Shown here: positions 48,502-59,887 of the stretch, one piece after another
How positions within the stretch are numbered: position 1 is the first letter of the stretch
Layout of the letters: every line of letters starts with the position of its first letter
NCBI GenBank assembly: GCA_026990385.1
Contig: JALXDL010000039.1
Coordinates: 4,466 to 68,465, forward strand
Direction of reading: 5' to 3'
Length of the DNA stretch: 64,000 nt
Origin: Desulfobulbaceae bacterium
GTDB lineage: Bacteria > Desulfobacterota > Desulfobulbia > Desulfobulbales > Desulfobulbaceae
Notes under the pieces: model-generated
The model's database searches: none
Told to the model about the DNA's origin: nothing
Seen by the model: the letters and a program-made list of their open reading frames with translations, nothing else
Translations under genes and position numbers: made by a program

Positions 48502-49749
48502 ATGAATCCGACTGAATTGAAAAACAAAAAGATCAACGAATTGATAGCCATCGCCTCGGCGCTGAACATTGAGGGATACAGCACCATGCGCAAGCAGGAG
48601 CTGATTTTTGCCATCCTGAAGGCCAAGGCCTACGATGACGGCAAGTTGCGCGGCAGCGGTGTGCTTGAGGTACTGCAGGATGGATTCGGGTTCTTGCGGG
48701 CGCCGGATTACAACTATCTGCCCGGCCCTGACGACATCTATGTGTCCCCCTCCCAGATCAGGCGGCTCAACCTGCGCACCGGCGACACGGTGGAGGGAGA
48801 GGTTCGGGCGCCCAAGGACAACGAGCGCTACTTTGCCCTCCTCAAGGTGGACAGCATCAATTTCCAGCCGCCCGAGGCGGCCCGGAACAAGACCGCCTTC
48901 GTCAACCTGACCCCCCTCTATCCCGAGGAAAAGATCGACCTGGAGGTTGAACCGGACAACTTCTCCATGCGGGTGATGAATATCGTCGCACCGCTGGGCA
49001 AGGGACAGCGCGGCCTGATAGTGGCCCCGCCGCGGACCGGCAAGACGGTGCTCATGCAGAAGATCGCCAACTCCATAGTCCGAAACCACAAGGAGATCAT
49101 TCTCATCGTGCTCCTCATCGATGAGCGGCCGGAAGAGGTCACCGACATGCGGCGCAACGTGGATGCCGAGGTCGTCAGCTCCACCTTTGACGAACCGCCC
49201 CAGCGCCATATCCAGGTGGCGGAGATGGTCATCGAGAAGGCCAAACGCCTCGTGGAACATAAGAACGATGTCGTGATCCTGCTCGATTCCATCACCCGGC
49301 TGGCCAGGGCCTACAACACCGTGACCCCGGCCTCGGGCAAGATCCTGTCCGGTGGCGTGGAGGCCAATGCCCTGCACCGGCCCAAGCGGTTCTTCGGCGC
49401 GGCCCGCAATGTCGAGGAAGGGGGCAGCCTGACCATCCTGGCCACTGCCCTGGTCGACACCGGCAGCCGCATGGACGAGGTCATCTTCGAGGAGTTCAAG
49501 GGTACCGGCAACATGGAGATCGTGCTTGACCGCAAGATGGCCAACAGGCGTATCTATCCGGCCTTTGACATCCAGAAGTCCGGCACCCGCAAGGAAGACC
49601 TGCTGCTCGATCCCGAGGAGCTGAACCGGATCTGGATCCTGCGCAAGATTCTCTCCTCCATGAATCCCGCCGATGCCATGGAATTTCTCCTCGACAAGAT
49701 GCGCCAGACCAAGTCCAACGAGGAGTTTTTCGCATCCATGAACAGGTAG
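48502..49749 (+). CDS. rho: Transcription termination factor Rho
   Basis: [39 protein letters not shown] and [10 protein letters not shown]. Confidence 0.97.
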   Translation: MNPTELKNKKINELIAIASALNIEGYSTMRKQELIFAILKAKAYDDGKLRGSGVLEVLQDGFGFLRAPDYNYLPGPDDIYVSPSQIRRLNLRTGDTVEGEVRAPKDNERYFALLKVDSINFQPPEAARNKTAFVNLTPLYPEEKIDLEVEPDNFSMRVMNIVAPLGKGQRGLIVAPPRTGKTVLMQKIANSIVRNHKEIILIVLLIDERPEEVTDMRRNVDAEVVSSTFDEPPQRHIQVAEMVIEKAKRLVEHKNDVVILLDSITRLARAYNTVTPASGKILSGGVEANALHRPKRFFGAARNVEEGGSLTILATALVDTGSRMDEVIFEEFKGTGNMEIVLDRKMANRRIYPAFDIQKSGTRKEDLLLDPEELNRIWILRKILSSMNPADAMEFLLDKMRQTKSNEEFFASMNR

Positions 49750-50143
49750 ACTGCGGAAATCCAGTCAGACCGGACAGGTGTTCCCAGGAGGACAGGTGTT
49801 TCCCGCAGCGCGGCCATGTCGGCCCCGGAGATACGGAGCAGCGACCGGGCCGCAATATTTTTTTCGGCTGCATCCGGGGCAGGAACCGTTTTTTCTTTAA
49901 AATATTATCGGATCGGGTAATATTACCTGTTCAGGATTTTGCAGGTGGCCGGTTTTCCGGCCCCGGGTCCGGGATGGGCAGGCCTGTTCCCGCATTTCCC
50001 GCCGGCCACTGCCGGGACGGGCTCTCCCGGTCACCCGCAACCATGCACCACAACGTTTTGGCCTGAACTGCTGCGGTTCATACCGGGCACAGAGTCGTTG
50101 CGTGGACCGTTCAACGAACAATATTTGGAGGCATCAGACGACA

Positions 50144-50368
50144 ATGAAACCGGATATCCATCCAGAATATCACAAGATCAAAGCCACTTGCGCCTGCGGA
50201 AACGAGGTTGAACTCGGGTCCGTGCTCACCGAGATGCATGTGGAGATCTGTTCCGCCTGCCACCCGTTTTTCACCGGCAAGCAGAAACTCATCGATACCG
50301 CGGGCCGGATCGAAAAGTTCAAGAAAAAGTATGCCAAGCACCTGGCCGGGAAAAAGAAGGACAGGTAA
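50144..50368 (+). CDS. rpmE: 50S ribosomal protein L31 (Zn-binding type)
   Basis: [25 protein letters not shown] and GRIEKF. Confidence 0.96.
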   Translation: MKPDIHPEYHKIKATCACGNEVELGSVLTEMHVEICSACHPFFTGKQKLIDTAGRIEKFKKKYAKHLAGKKKDR

Positions 50369-50430
50369 TCCTGCCCGGTCCGGAGACGACTGTCACCGGC
50401 CGTGTTCCCTGTCCGGCCGCTGCCTGAACC

Positions 50431-51501
50431 ATGTTTGAAAACCTTGCCGACATCGACGAGAGGCTCCTCTCCCTGGAGCATCAGCTTTCCGATCCCGCCC
50501 TGGTCAATGATCGGAAGCGGTACCGGGAGGTGGTGCGCGAGCATGCCCATGTCACCAGGCTGACGGAACTCTACAGCCGGTACCTCAAGGTCAGCCGGGA
50601 ACTGGAGGAGAACAGGGAGCTGATCCGCGACGAGGCCGAGGATCCGGAGCTGGCCGAGCTGGCACGTGCCGAGCAGGAGGACCTGACCGCGGAGCAGCAG
50701 AAGCTGGAAGAGCAGATCCGGCTCCTGCTCCTGCCCAGGGACCCCAACGATGACAAGAACATCTTCCTCGAGATCCGCGCCGGAACCGGTGGTGACGAGG
50801 CAGCCCTCTTTGTCGCCGACCTGTTCAGGATGTACAGCCGCTACGCCGAGAGCCAGGGCTGGAAGGTGGAGGTCATGAGTTCCAGCCCCATCGGTATCGG
50901 GGGGTTCAAGGAACTGATCGCCCTGATCAGCGGTGACCAGGTCTACTCACGGCTCAAGTACGAGGCCGGCGTGCACCGTGTGCAGCGGGTTCCCGAGACC
51001 GAGACCCAGGGCCGGATCCATACCTCGGCCGTGACCGTTGCCGTTATCCCCGAGGCCGAGGAGGTGGATCTGAAGATCGAGCCCAACGAGCTCAAGATCG
51101 ATGTCTTCCGTTCCTCCGGTCCCGGCGGCCAGTCGGTCAACACCACCGACTCGGCGGTCCGTATCACCCATCTGCCCACAGGCATGGTGGTCACCTGCCA
51201 GGATGAAAAATCACAGCACAAGAACAAGGCCAAGGCACTGCAGGTCCTGCGGGCCCGACTGCTCGACCGGATGGAGCAGGAACGGCACGACCGCATCTCC
51301 GAGGACCGCAAGAGCCAGGTCGGATCAGGAGACCGCAGCGAGCGGATCCGCACCTACAACTTCCCCCAGGGCAGGGTGACTGATCACCGGATTGGCCTGA
51401 CCCTCTACAAGCTGGAGCAGGTGCTCGCCGGCGGCCTGGACGAGGTCATCCTGCCGCTCGTCACCCACTACCAGACAGAGGCCCTGAAAAACGCCAACTG
51501 A
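50431..51501 (+). CDS. prfA: Peptide chain release factor 1
   Basis: [16 protein letters not shown] anticodon loop (PxT), GPGGQSVN and ERIRTYN. Confidence 0.97.
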   Translation: MFENLADIDERLLSLEHQLSDPALVNDRKRYREVVREHAHVTRLTELYSRYLKVSRELEENRELIRDEAEDPELAELARAEQEDLTAEQQKLEEQIRLLLLPRDPNDDKNIFLEIRAGTGGDEAALFVADLFRMYSRYAESQGWKVEVMSSSPIGIGGFKELIALISGDQVYSRLKYEAGVHRVQRVPETETQGRIHTSAVTVAVIPEAEEVDLKIEPNELKIDVFRSSGPGGQSVNTTDSAVRITHLPTGMVVTCQDEKSQHKNKAKALQVLRARLLDRMEQERHDRISEDRKSQVGSGDRSERIRTYNFPQGRVTDHRIGLTLYKLEQVLAGGLDEVILPLVTHYQTEALKNAN

Positions 51502-51752
51502 ACCCGTCCCGGCCGTGACACCAGCCCCCCGGCCGGTGTGGCCCGGCACGACAGCGGCTGCCTGCGGACGTCGCTGTGGCGTGGCGGTCTTTTCTTCAGA
51601 GAATGGAACCTGGATCGGGCGGTTGTCATTGTGCCCCGGGATGCACGTCCCGGGGTGTTTCATTGGAGTATGAGTATGCCTGCATGGTGCACCGGGAGGC
51701 GAAGCGGATCGGTGAAACGCTCGGTTTGGGTGGAAAAGATCTCCGTGGCCAG

Positions 51753-52625
51753 GTGCGTATAGAAACCCTTCTGGCCGGGGCCGAAGAGCGGCTGCGCCGG
51801 GCCGGTCTCGATGACAGCAGGATGGAGGCGGAGCGTCTCCTCGGGGAGTTCCTGGGCATGAGCCGAAGCGAACTCTTCCTGCATGCCGGTGACAGGGTGA
51901 CCGCGGCGGACCTGGTCCGTTTTCGCCGGGTGCTCGAGCGGCGGTGCCGGCGGGAGCCGCTGCAGTACATCTTCGGCAGCCTGGAATTCTGGTCCCTGGA
52001 GTTTGTTGTCTCGCCCGCTGTGCTCGTGCCCAGGCCGGAGACCGAGTTTCTCCTGGAACACGCGCTCGCCACGGTCCGGGGAGAACCAGGCCCGCCGCCG
52101 CGGCTGGCCCTTGACCTGTGCACGGGCAGCGGTGTCATCGCGGTCGTCCTGGCCCTGGAGCTGGGCTGTCCCGTCCTGGCCGTCGACTGTTCCGCCGCCG
52201 CCCTGGCCGTTGCCCGGCGCAACGTGGTGCGCCACCGGGTCGCGGACAGGGTCATGCCGTTGTGCGCGGATCTCCTGTCCGCGGTTTCCTCCCGCCCCTA
52301 TTTCGATCTCCTGATCAGCAATCCGCCCTATGTGGCCGAACATGAGCTGGAGAGGCTGGAGCCGGAGGTGCGGCAGTGGGAGCCCAGGCTCGCCCTGGCC
52401 GGCGGCGCGGACGGACTTGATGTCATCCGGCGCATTGCCGCGGGCAGCGCCCGCTGCCTTCGGCCCGGCGGCTGGCTGTTTATGGAGATCGGCTGTGATC
52501 AGCGCGGGCCGGTGCTCTCCCTGTTTTCCAGGCAGGAGTACGGGTTTGCCGATGTGGCGGTGTTTCCCGATCTTGCCGGCCGGCCGCGGGTCCTGCAGGC
52601 GCGAAAGAGGTGCGGCGCCGTGTAA
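51753..52625 (+). CDS. prmC: Release factor glutamine methyltransferase
   Basis: REPLQYI, VLVPRPETE, LDLCTGSG and SNPPY; start uncertain (GTG 51753 chosen, ORF open from 51576). Confidence 0.92.
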   Translation: MRIETLLAGAEERLRRAGLDDSRMEAERLLGEFLGMSRSELFLHAGDRVTAADLVRFRRVLERRCRREPLQYIFGSLEFWSLEFVVSPAVLVPRPETEFLLEHALATVRGEPGPPPRLALDLCTGSGVIAVVLALELGCPVLAVDCSAAALAVARRNVVRHRVADRVMPLCADLLSAVSSRPYFDLLISNPPYVAEHELERLEPEVRQWEPRLALAGGADGLDVIRRIAAGSARCLRPGGWLFMEIGCDQRGPVLSLFSRQEYGFADVAVFPDLAGRPRVLQARKRCGAV

Positions 52626-52688
52626 CGGATACGGCCGGCCGCGCACGCGGAGGGAACGCTGTGGCCGGTCGCAATACCAGGTTGAATC

Positions 52689-53972
52689 ATGGACAAGATC
52701 ATCATACACGGCGGCAGGCCGCTCACCGGAACCGTGGAGGTCAGCGGCGCCAAGAACGCGGCCCTGCCGCTCATGGCCGCCACCCTGCTCACCCCCGGCT
52801 GGCACACCCTGCACAACGTTCCTGACCTGCGCGATACCAGGACCATGCTCCGGGTCCTCGAGACCCTGGGCGCGGTCTGGCAGCGGCAGGGGGGCACGGT
52901 CCGCATCGATACCTCCGGCCTGACCGGGGCCGAGGCCCCCTATGAGCTGGTCAAGACCATGCGGGCCTCGGTCCTGGTCCTGGGACCGCTGCTCGGGCGG
53001 TGCGGGTATGCCCGGGTTTCGCTGCCCGGAGGCTGCGCCATCGGCGCCCGGCCCATCAACTATCACCTGCGCGGGTTCGGGAGCCTGGGGGTGACCACCA
53101 CCCTGGCCCGGGGCTACGTCGAGGCAAGGGCGGGCTCCAGGTTGCGGGGCGCGACCATCTATTTTGACAAGCCATCGGTGACAGGAACCGAAAATGTTCT
53201 CATGGCCGCGGTCACGGCCGAAGGCACCACGGTGATCAAGAATGCCGCCCGCGAGCCCGAGGTGGGCAATCTGGTGGACATGCTGATCGGGATGGGCGCC
53301 GAGATCGAGGGCAGGGACAGCGACCGGCTCGTGGTCCACGGGGTCGACACCCTGGTTCCCGCCGAGGCGACCATCATCCCGGACCGGATCGAGACCGGCA
53401 CCTACCTGATCGCGGTGGGCGCCACGGGCGGCAGGGTGACCATAACCGGCTGTATGCCGTCCCACCTGCCGTCCCTCACCGAAAAGTTGCACGCGGCCGG
53501 CGTCACCGTCGAGCAGGAGGACAACGCCTTCACCGTCTCCTGTCCGCAGCGGTCCGGCAGGAGCGAGTGTCCCCTGGTGAGCGTTGATATCACCACCCTG
53601 CCGTATCCCGGCTTTCCCACCGATCTCCAGGCCCAGTTCATGGCCCTGATGGTCCTGGGTAACGGTGTCTCCATCATCCACGAGACGATCTTCGAGAACC
53701 GGTTCATGCACGTGGCCGAACTGCAGCGCATGGGCGCCGATATCACCATCGACGGCGCCAGCGCCATTGTCAGGGGGGTCTCCAGGGACCGGCTTTGCGG
53801 GGCACCGGTCATGGCCACCGACCTGCGGGCCTCGGCATCCCTGGTCATCGCCGGCCTGGCCGCCTCCGGAGAGACCGAGATCTCCAGGATCTATCACCTG
53901 GAGCGGGGCTATGAAAAGATGGTGGAGAAGCTGCGCCGGCTCGGCGCCGACATCCGGCGGGTGCGGGAATAG
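52689..53972 (+). CDS. murA: UDP-N-acetylglucosamine 1-carboxyvinyltransferase
   Basis: [36 protein letters not shown] and HLERGY. Confidence 0.97.
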   Translation: MDKIIIHGGRPLTGTVEVSGAKNAALPLMAATLLTPGWHTLHNVPDLRDTRTMLRVLETLGAVWQRQGGTVRIDTSGLTGAEAPYELVKTMRASVLVLGPLLGRCGYARVSLPGGCAIGARPINYHLRGFGSLGVTTTLARGYVEARAGSRLRGATIYFDKPSVTGTENVLMAAVTAEGTTVIKNAAREPEVGNLVDMLIGMGAEIEGRDSDRLVVHGVDTLVPAEATIIPDRIETGTYLIAVGATGGRVTITGCMPSHLPSLTEKLHAAGVTVEQEDNAFTVSCPQRSGRSECPLVSVDITTLPYPGFPTDLQAQFMALMVLGNGVSIIHETIFENRFMHVAELQRMGADITIDGASAIVRGVSRDRLCGAPVMATDLRASASLVIAGLAASGETEISRIYHLERGYEKMVEKLRRLGADIRRVRE

Positions 53973-54051
53973 GGGGGTGCAGCAGGCCCGGCCATTCCAC
54001 CATGGCGCAGCCGGGGGGACGTTGCCGTTGAATGCCGGCAGTTCCCCTCTT

Positions 54052-55755
54052 TCACGCTGCCGGCAGGGGCTGGGGCAGGAGAATGGAGATGGTACAGCCC
54101 CTGCCGGGTGCGGTGTCGACCTGGATGGTACCGCCATGGTGTTCGACGATTTGGCGGACAATGGCGAGCCCCAGACCGGTTCCGGACTCCCGGGTGGTGA
54201 AAAAGGGCTCGAACATCCGCTTCCTGGTCTCCGGCTCCAGGCCCGGTCCCTGGTCAATGACATCGATACGGCTGACATTGCGGCCCTGCCACCGGTCTTC
54301 ATCCGCCCGGACGCTCACCCCTCCTTCCCTGTCCTCCACTGCCTGGCAACTGTTTGTCAGCAGGTGCATGATCACGGTCTGTATCTGCTGACGGTCTCCC
54401 CAGCAGTCCATGGTCTCGTTGATCTCCACCTCGATATCACAGCCGGCCAGTCCCTCCATGCGCAGGGAATCAATGGCCTCCCGGACCAGCCGCCGCAGGT
54501 TGAACCATTCGTTCTGAACCGGCGCCGGCCTGGCGAACTGGAGGAAGTTGTTGATGATCTTGGCCATGCGGTCCGACTCGCGCAGGATGATCTCGGTGAG
54601 GGTCTGCCGGGTTGCGGCTGATTCGGCGGGACCCTCCGTATCCAGGGCCAGGACCTGGGCCGAGCCGGAGATGGCAGCCAGGGGGTTGCGGAAATCGTGG
54701 GCAATGGAGGCGGAGAGTTCACCGATGGCGGCCATCTTTTCACGCTCGCGCAGCTTCTGTTCCATCTTTTCGATCTTGCTGATATCCTGCAGGGTGATCA
54801 CTTTGCAGTTGGAACAGGGGGCCGGATCATCGGGATCCTCTGCCGGCATGTTGAGCCGGGCAAAGGAATAGCCCACCCGGATCATCTTGCCCTCCTTTTT
54901 TTCCAGGTCGATCACCTGCCGGTGTCGTTTCTCCTCGAGAATGATCTCCGGGAAACAGGTTCCCAGCTTCCGGCCGACCACCTCCCCGGCCGGATAGCCG
55001 GTGATCCGTGCCGCAGCCCGGTTGAAGGAGGTGATCATGTTTCGTTCGTCAATGGTAATGATACCGGTGGTGATATCGTCGAAGATCTGTTTGTAGAGCA
55101 GGGACAGGCGATCAAATTCCAGGGTGGTCCGGTGCAGTGCCTCCTCGGTCGTCCGCAACCGCTGGGCCAGCATGCCGCTGATCAGTGCGATGATAAAGAA
55201 GGTCAGGCCGTACACGGCGAACAGGTTGGTCGTCCGCAGGGGATTGGCGGTCTGCACGTAGGCGGTATGGTGAAAAAAAGAAGGGACCAGGCCAAAGTAC
55301 TCGGCCAGCAGCACCAGGGCGTAGAGAATGGTGGCTGCTGCGGCCGGGATCAGGCCGCCGATCCGGTACAGGATCAGGCCGCCGGCCACGATGGGGAAGA
55401 TGAACACCGGCGTGAAGATGGACTGGCTGCAGCCGGTGCCATAGACCAGCAGCGCCGTGAAGACCGTGTCGGAGAGGAGCTGGATCAGGCCGAAGCGGCG
55501 CAGGTGGGCGTGTTTTTTCTGCAGGATCGCGGCCGAGCCCACGGAATAGATATAGATCACCGAGAGCATGGCCAGGATGATGACCGGCGGCGGCAGGATC
55601 ACCGACAACCCCATGGACTGGAGGAGGGCGGTGATGCCGATGAGCAGGGTGAAGAGGATGACCCGGATCAGGAGCAGCCAGAGGATGTGGCGGCGGAGCT
55701 GACCGGCCGAGTCGTCCGCCGGCGAGAGGGAATGGAACAATCTGCACATTGTCAT
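54052..55755 (-). CDS. pilS: PilS-like membrane sensor histidine kinase (TM-PAS-HisKA-HATPase)
   Basis: About 6 TM helices with SDTVFTALLVYGTG...FTPVF; AHDFRNPL; EPFFTTRESGTGLGL; paired with a sigma54 response regulator. Confidence 0.75.
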   Translation of the reverse strand: MTMCRLFHSLSPADDSAGQLRRHILWLLLIRVILFTLLIGITALLQSMGLSVILPPPVIILAMLSVIYIYSVGSAAILQKKHAHLRRFGLIQLLSDTVFTALLVYGTGCSQSIFTPVFIFPIVAGGLILYRIGGLIPAAAATILYALVLLAEYFGLVPSFFHHTAYVQTANPLRTTNLFAVYGLTFFIIALISGMLAQRLRTTEEALHRTTLEFDRLSLLYKQIFDDITTGIITIDERNMITSFNRAAARITGYPAGEVVGRKLGTCFPEIILEEKRHRQVIDLEKKEGKMIRVGYSFARLNMPAEDPDDPAPCSNCKVITLQDISKIEKMEQKLREREKMAAIGELSASIAHDFRNPLAAISGSAQVLALDTEGPAESAATRQTLTEIILRESDRMAKIINNFLQFARPAPVQNEWFNLRRLVREAIDSLRMEGLAGCDIEVEINETMDCWGDRQQIQTVIMHLLTNSCQAVEDREGGVSVRADEDRWQGRNVSRIDVIDQGPGLEPETRKRMFEPFFTTRESGTGLGLAIVRQIVEHHGGTIQVDTAPGRGCTISILLPQPLPAA

Positions 55756-55805
55756 GATTCTGTCCGAAAAAAGGACGGCCCTGAACCGGCGCTCCCGGAT
55801 GGAGA

Positions 55806-57182
55806 TCAGGCGATGCCGTATTTCTTGGTCTTGTAGCGAAGGGAACGGAAGCTGATCTTGAGCAGGTCCGCGGCCCGCATCTTGGAGTTGTCGGCCCGCT
55901 TGAGGGCATGGCGGATCATCTTTTTTTCCAGCTCGACCAGGATCTCCTCCATGCCGCGTTCGAAGAGTTCATTCTCGTTCTCGGCCGCGACAAACATGGC
56001 CCCGGGGGCTGGTTCCGGGGCAGATTCTCTTTCCTGGCGGTGGAGGGAGAGGATGAGACTCTCGGGCAGGATGATGTTGGACGATTCCAGGGCAACGCCC
56101 CGTTCGATGATGTTTTCCAGTTCCCGCACGTTGCCCGGAAAGTCGTACTGCATCAGGACTTCCATGCCGTAGGAGGAGATGGTCTGCACCTCCTTGCCCA
56201 GGATCCGCGAGTATTTCCTGAGAAAATGCTCCACCAGTTTCGGAACGTCACCCTTGCGTTCCCTGAGTGGCGGCACCCGGATGGGAACCACGGCCAGGCG
56301 GTAGTAGAGATCCTCCCGGAAACGGCCGGCCATGATCTCCTCTTCCAGGATGCGGTTGGTTGCCGCTATGATGCGCACGTTGACCCGCCGGGTCCGGGTC
56401 GAGCCCACGGGCATGAACTCCCGCTCCTGCAGGACCCGCAGCAGTTTGGTCTGGATGATGGGGGTCAGCTCGCCGATCTCGTCGAGAAAGGCGGTACCGC
56501 CATCAGCCTGCTGGAAGAGCCCGGCCTTGTCGGCAATGGCGCCGGTAAAGGAGCCCTTGACGTGGCCGAAAAGTTCCGATTCCAGGAGGCTTTCCGGGAT
56601 GGCGCTGCAGGTGATGGGTACAAAGGGTTTGTCCGCGACCCGGGAATGGTTGTGGATCGCCTTGGCCACCAGCTCCTTGCCGGTCCCGGATTCGCCGTAG
56701 ATGAGGACATTGGCCGGGGTAGGGGCGATGCGCTTGATGAGATCGAAGATCTTGAGCATCTCCGGGCTCTGGCCGATGATCTCGGGAAATTCGTCCTCGA
56801 CCGGTGTGGAGATCCCTGCGTTTTTCCGGGCCGTGGCCGACTTGATGACCCCCTTGATCTCTGCAACATTGAACGGCTTGGTGATGTAATCAAAGGCCCC
56901 GTTTTTCATGGCTGTCACCGCATCTTCCGGCGAGGCAAAGGCGGTGATCATGATGACCGGCAGCTCGGGACATTCGGCCTTCAGTTCGGCCAAAAGCTCC
57001 AGGCCGTTCATGCCGGGCATGCGGATATCGGAGATGACCAGATCGAATTCTCTCTGCCGGGCCAGTTCGAGCGCGCCGGGTCCGTCCGCGGCCAGGGCGA
57101 TCTCGTAGCCTTCTTTCTCAAGCAGGATCTTGAGAAACTGGCGCATGCTCAGTTCATCGTCGACAACAAGGATTGCGGCCAT
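55806..57182 (-). CDS. pilR: PilR-like sigma54-dependent response regulator
   Basis: REC domain; GESGTGKE, ESELFGHVKGSFTGA (GAFTGA variant), FREDLYYRL; Fis-type HTH. Confidence 0.78.
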   Translation of the reverse strand: MAAILVVDDELSMRQFLKILLEKEGYEIALAADGPGALELARQREFDLVISDIRMPGMNGLELLAELKAECPELPVIMITAFASPEDAVTAMKNGAFDYITKPFNVAEIKGVIKSATARKNAGISTPVEDEFPEIIGQSPEMLKIFDLIKRIAPTPANVLIYGESGTGKELVAKAIHNHSRVADKPFVPITCSAIPESLLESELFGHVKGSFTGAIADKAGLFQQADGGTAFLDEIGELTPIIQTKLLRVLQEREFMPVGSTRTRRVNVRIIAATNRILEEEIMAGRFREDLYYRLAVVPIRVPPLRERKGDVPKLVEHFLRKYSRILGKEVQTISSYGMEVLMQYDFPGNVRELENIIERGVALESSNIILPESLILSLHRQERESAPEPAPGAMFVAAENENELFERGMEEILVELEKKMIRHALKRADNSKMRAADLLKISFRSLRYKTKKYGIA

Positions 57183-57508
57183 GGAAGAAGGATTGCTGCC
57201 TTGGGGATTGAAAGTGGTTTCTTGCATCAGTTTAGCGTCAACGGACAAGTGAAGTCAATCACTATTCGTTACAGCGTGTTGCGTCCGGACGTGCCGCAGG
57301 GCGGCCGGGTCTGCCGATCCGCGGCCGTGTTTTTCCGGGCATGGACCGGCCCGATCCTGCCTTGCCGCTGACAGGGGGAAGGCCGGGTCATCATGGTTTA
57401 CATTCCAGGCGAAATTGGGTATCATGACCGGCGAATCAGCGTCCGCGGGCCGGGCCGGGCCGCGGCGGCTCGTGCCCTTACCTCTGAACCGACTGCTGCG
57501 GAGGAGAT

Positions 57509-58302
57509 GTGACCACCAGCCAGGACCAGCTTGACAAGCAGACATTGACCGAACACCTGGCAGAACTGCGTTCCTGCCTCATCATCTCCCTGGGCGCGGT
57601 GGCCGTCGGTTTTGCAGTGGCCTACAGCTTCATCCGTCCCATTGCCGACTGGTTTTTCCGGCCCCTGGTCCGGGTGCTGCCGCCTGGCAGGACGCTCATC
57701 TTCATCTCGTACCAGGAAGGGTTTTTTTTTATCTGAAGTTGGCCCTGGTCTGCGGTATACTGCTGGCCAGCCCGGTCATCTTTCTCCAGATCTGGCGTTT
57801 TGTCGCCCCCGGACTCTACCAGCATGAAAAACGGGTCCTTCTTCCCTTTGCCGCTGTCTCCACGTTCTGTTTTCTCGGCGGCGCAGCCTTTGGTTATTTT
57901 ATCGTCTTTCCGCCGGCCTTCCGCTTTCTCATCGGCTATTCCAGCGAGATCCTGGATCCCATGCCGGCGGTCAGCGAGTACTTCTCGCTCTCGCTCCGGC
58001 TGCTGCTTGCCTTCGGGGTTGTTTTTGAACTGCCTGTCTTCATGGTCTTTCTGGCCAAGATCGGCCTTGTCGACACATCGTTTCTCAGGAGAAACCGCAA
58101 GTATGCCCTGCTGGTCGCCTTCATCGTTGCCGCCGTGCTCACCCCGACACCGGACGTGGTGAACCAGCTCTTCATGGCCGTACCGCTCATCGTGCTGTAT
58201 GAAGTCAGTATCGCTGCGGTGGCCCTATTCGCGCCCAGGCCGTTTTCCGGGTTTGCCAGGCAGGAGGACGGCGATCCGGGCGGGCAGCAACCGTCCGCCT
58301 GA
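57509..58302 (+). pseudogene. tatC: tatC, frameshifted at a T9 tract (57722-57730)
   Basis: 5' part 57509-57736 (HLAELR..., YQEGFFF) and 3' part (LKLALVCG..QIWRFVAPGL..EK, FELP, RKY, TPTPD, LYE) are in different frames; one extra T restores GFFFYLKLA. Could be an assembly error or a slippage site rather than a true pseudogene. Confidence 0.85.
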
Positions 58303-58410
58303 CCGGTATCCGGCCCTGCATCGCCGTTGGCCCGGATGCAGGATGGGAGGGCGACCGGCAGCCGGGAACATCACCAGTCCAGACAACACTATTACCGCAG
58401 GAGGTGTATC

Positions 58411-59691
58411 ATGTCCTATGCCCAGGATTTCGAAAAGGCACTGGAAATCGGTCGTCCACCCAATATCAGCGCCCTGTTTCCCAATTCCAAGGCTCTTCTC
58501 GTCAGCGGCAAGGTCATCGACCGGGCCATGCTCGCCAAGGGCAAGGCCATGACCATGGCGGCCAACGGGCGCAGTCACATCGTAATCCGCGGCGCCCTGC
58601 GCGCCGCCCAGAAGGCGCGGGCCGCGATCATCATCGAGATCGCCCGCTCCGAGGGCGGGGCATCGGCCTACTGCGCGACCAACTACTGGAACATCGCCCG
58701 CCAGGTGAACGCCATCTGCAACGAGCTGGCCATCACCGTGCCGGTGGCCATCCACGCCGATCACTACGGGATCAAGAAAAAGGATGATCTCCCCTATGCC
58801 CGCACCGAGATTCCCTCCATCTTCGATGCCGGCATCACTTCCATCGCCATCGACGCCTCGCACATGCCCGATGACGAGAACCTGCTCGCCAACATCGAGC
58901 TGGCAAGGTTCGTCCCCACCTGGGCCGGCTACGAGACCGAGGTCGGCGAGATCAAGGGCAAGCTCGGCCTGTCCACACCAGAGGAGGCCCTGTTCATCAT
59001 CCAGGGGCTCAATGCCCACAACATCTTTCCCGACTGGATCGCGCTCAACAACGGCACCACCCACGGTATCGAGGCCTCGGCCCAGGGCATCAACGTGGAG
59101 CTCACCGCCGAGATCCACGACGCCCTGGCCGGCTACGGCATCTCCGGCGCCCAACACGGCACCTCGGGCAACAATTCAGACCGGTTGAGGGCCATTGCCG
59201 CCAGGACCCGGACCACCAAGGCCAATGTCGCCACGGCCCTGCAGATGATCTCCTGGGGCCTGGAGGTCAATGACTACGGCAACGCCATCCAGGATGAGAA
59301 CGGCGAGTTCATCAAGGTCAAGGGTGAGGGAGTCACCGAGGATCTCTGGCAGGAGATGCGGGAGTATGCCGCCCGGCAGGGCTGGAAGGGCGGCAATTAC
59401 AAAAAACTGAATATTGTCTTTGAAAACAAGATAATGGGACAGCCTGCCCATGTCAGGGAACGGATGACGAGACGGGTGGAGGACTTTGTCTACACCATGC
59501 TCGTCGAGGTCTTCAATGCCGGTGACTCCGCCCGGCACGGTGTCGAGGCCATCCTGGAGGCCGGGTCCTTTGACCTGGGCCCCAAGACCGGCCGCATCGA
59601 TCCGCCCGAGGAGTGGACCGAAGAGAAGATCCGCGAACGGGCCGCTGCCCTGGACACCGACAAGGGGCCCCGGGGAGATTTTGATGACTGA
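58411..59691 (+). CDS. fba: Class II fructose-bisphosphate aldolase (long deltaproteobacterial type)
   Basis: IHADHY, IDASH, ETEVGEI, NNGTTHG, AQHGTSG and KANVAT; AGGAGG RBS. Confidence 0.85.
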   Translation: MSYAQDFEKALEIGRPPNISALFPNSKALLVSGKVIDRAMLAKGKAMTMAANGRSHIVIRGALRAAQKARAAIIIEIARSEGGASAYCATNYWNIARQVNAICNELAITVPVAIHADHYGIKKKDDLPYARTEIPSIFDAGITSIAIDASHMPDDENLLANIELARFVPTWAGYETEVGEIKGKLGLSTPEEALFIIQGLNAHNIFPDWIALNNGTTHGIEASAQGINVELTAEIHDALAGYGISGAQHGTSGNNSDRLRAIAARTRTTKANVATALQMISWGLEVNDYGNAIQDENGEFIKVKGEGVTEDLWQEMREYAARQGWKGGNYKKLNIVFENKIMGQPAHVRERMTRRVEDFVYTMLVEVFNAGDSARHGVEAILEAGSFDLGPKTGRIDPPEEWTEEKIRERAAALDTDKGPRGDFDD

Positions 59692-59813
59692 GGCCCTGGC
59701 CGGGTATCGCCTCCGGACCGCCGGCGAACCGCGAACCAGGGAATACCGCCGGACCGCGCTTCCCGCGGCCGGCGGGATAATCCTGCCGAACCTGCTTCGC
59801 CCTCGACTTTCTG

Positions 59814-59848
59814 AATGACTCGTTGTTGTCATACCCTTAACCCTGTAC
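59814..59848 (+). repeat. Repeat module D copy
   Basis: AATGACTCGTTGTTGTCATACCCTTAACCCTGTAC; matches 30464-30490 (24/27) and 38584-38614 (25/31). Confidence 0.8.
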
Positions 59849-59887
59849 ATACCCCGGAAGGTGTCGGCATAACCGCAGAAGAACATC

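Noticed and set aside
49772-49800. Direct repeat GGACAGGTGTT x2 after rho
   Set aside because: It is short, has only two copies, and matches no recognisable element.
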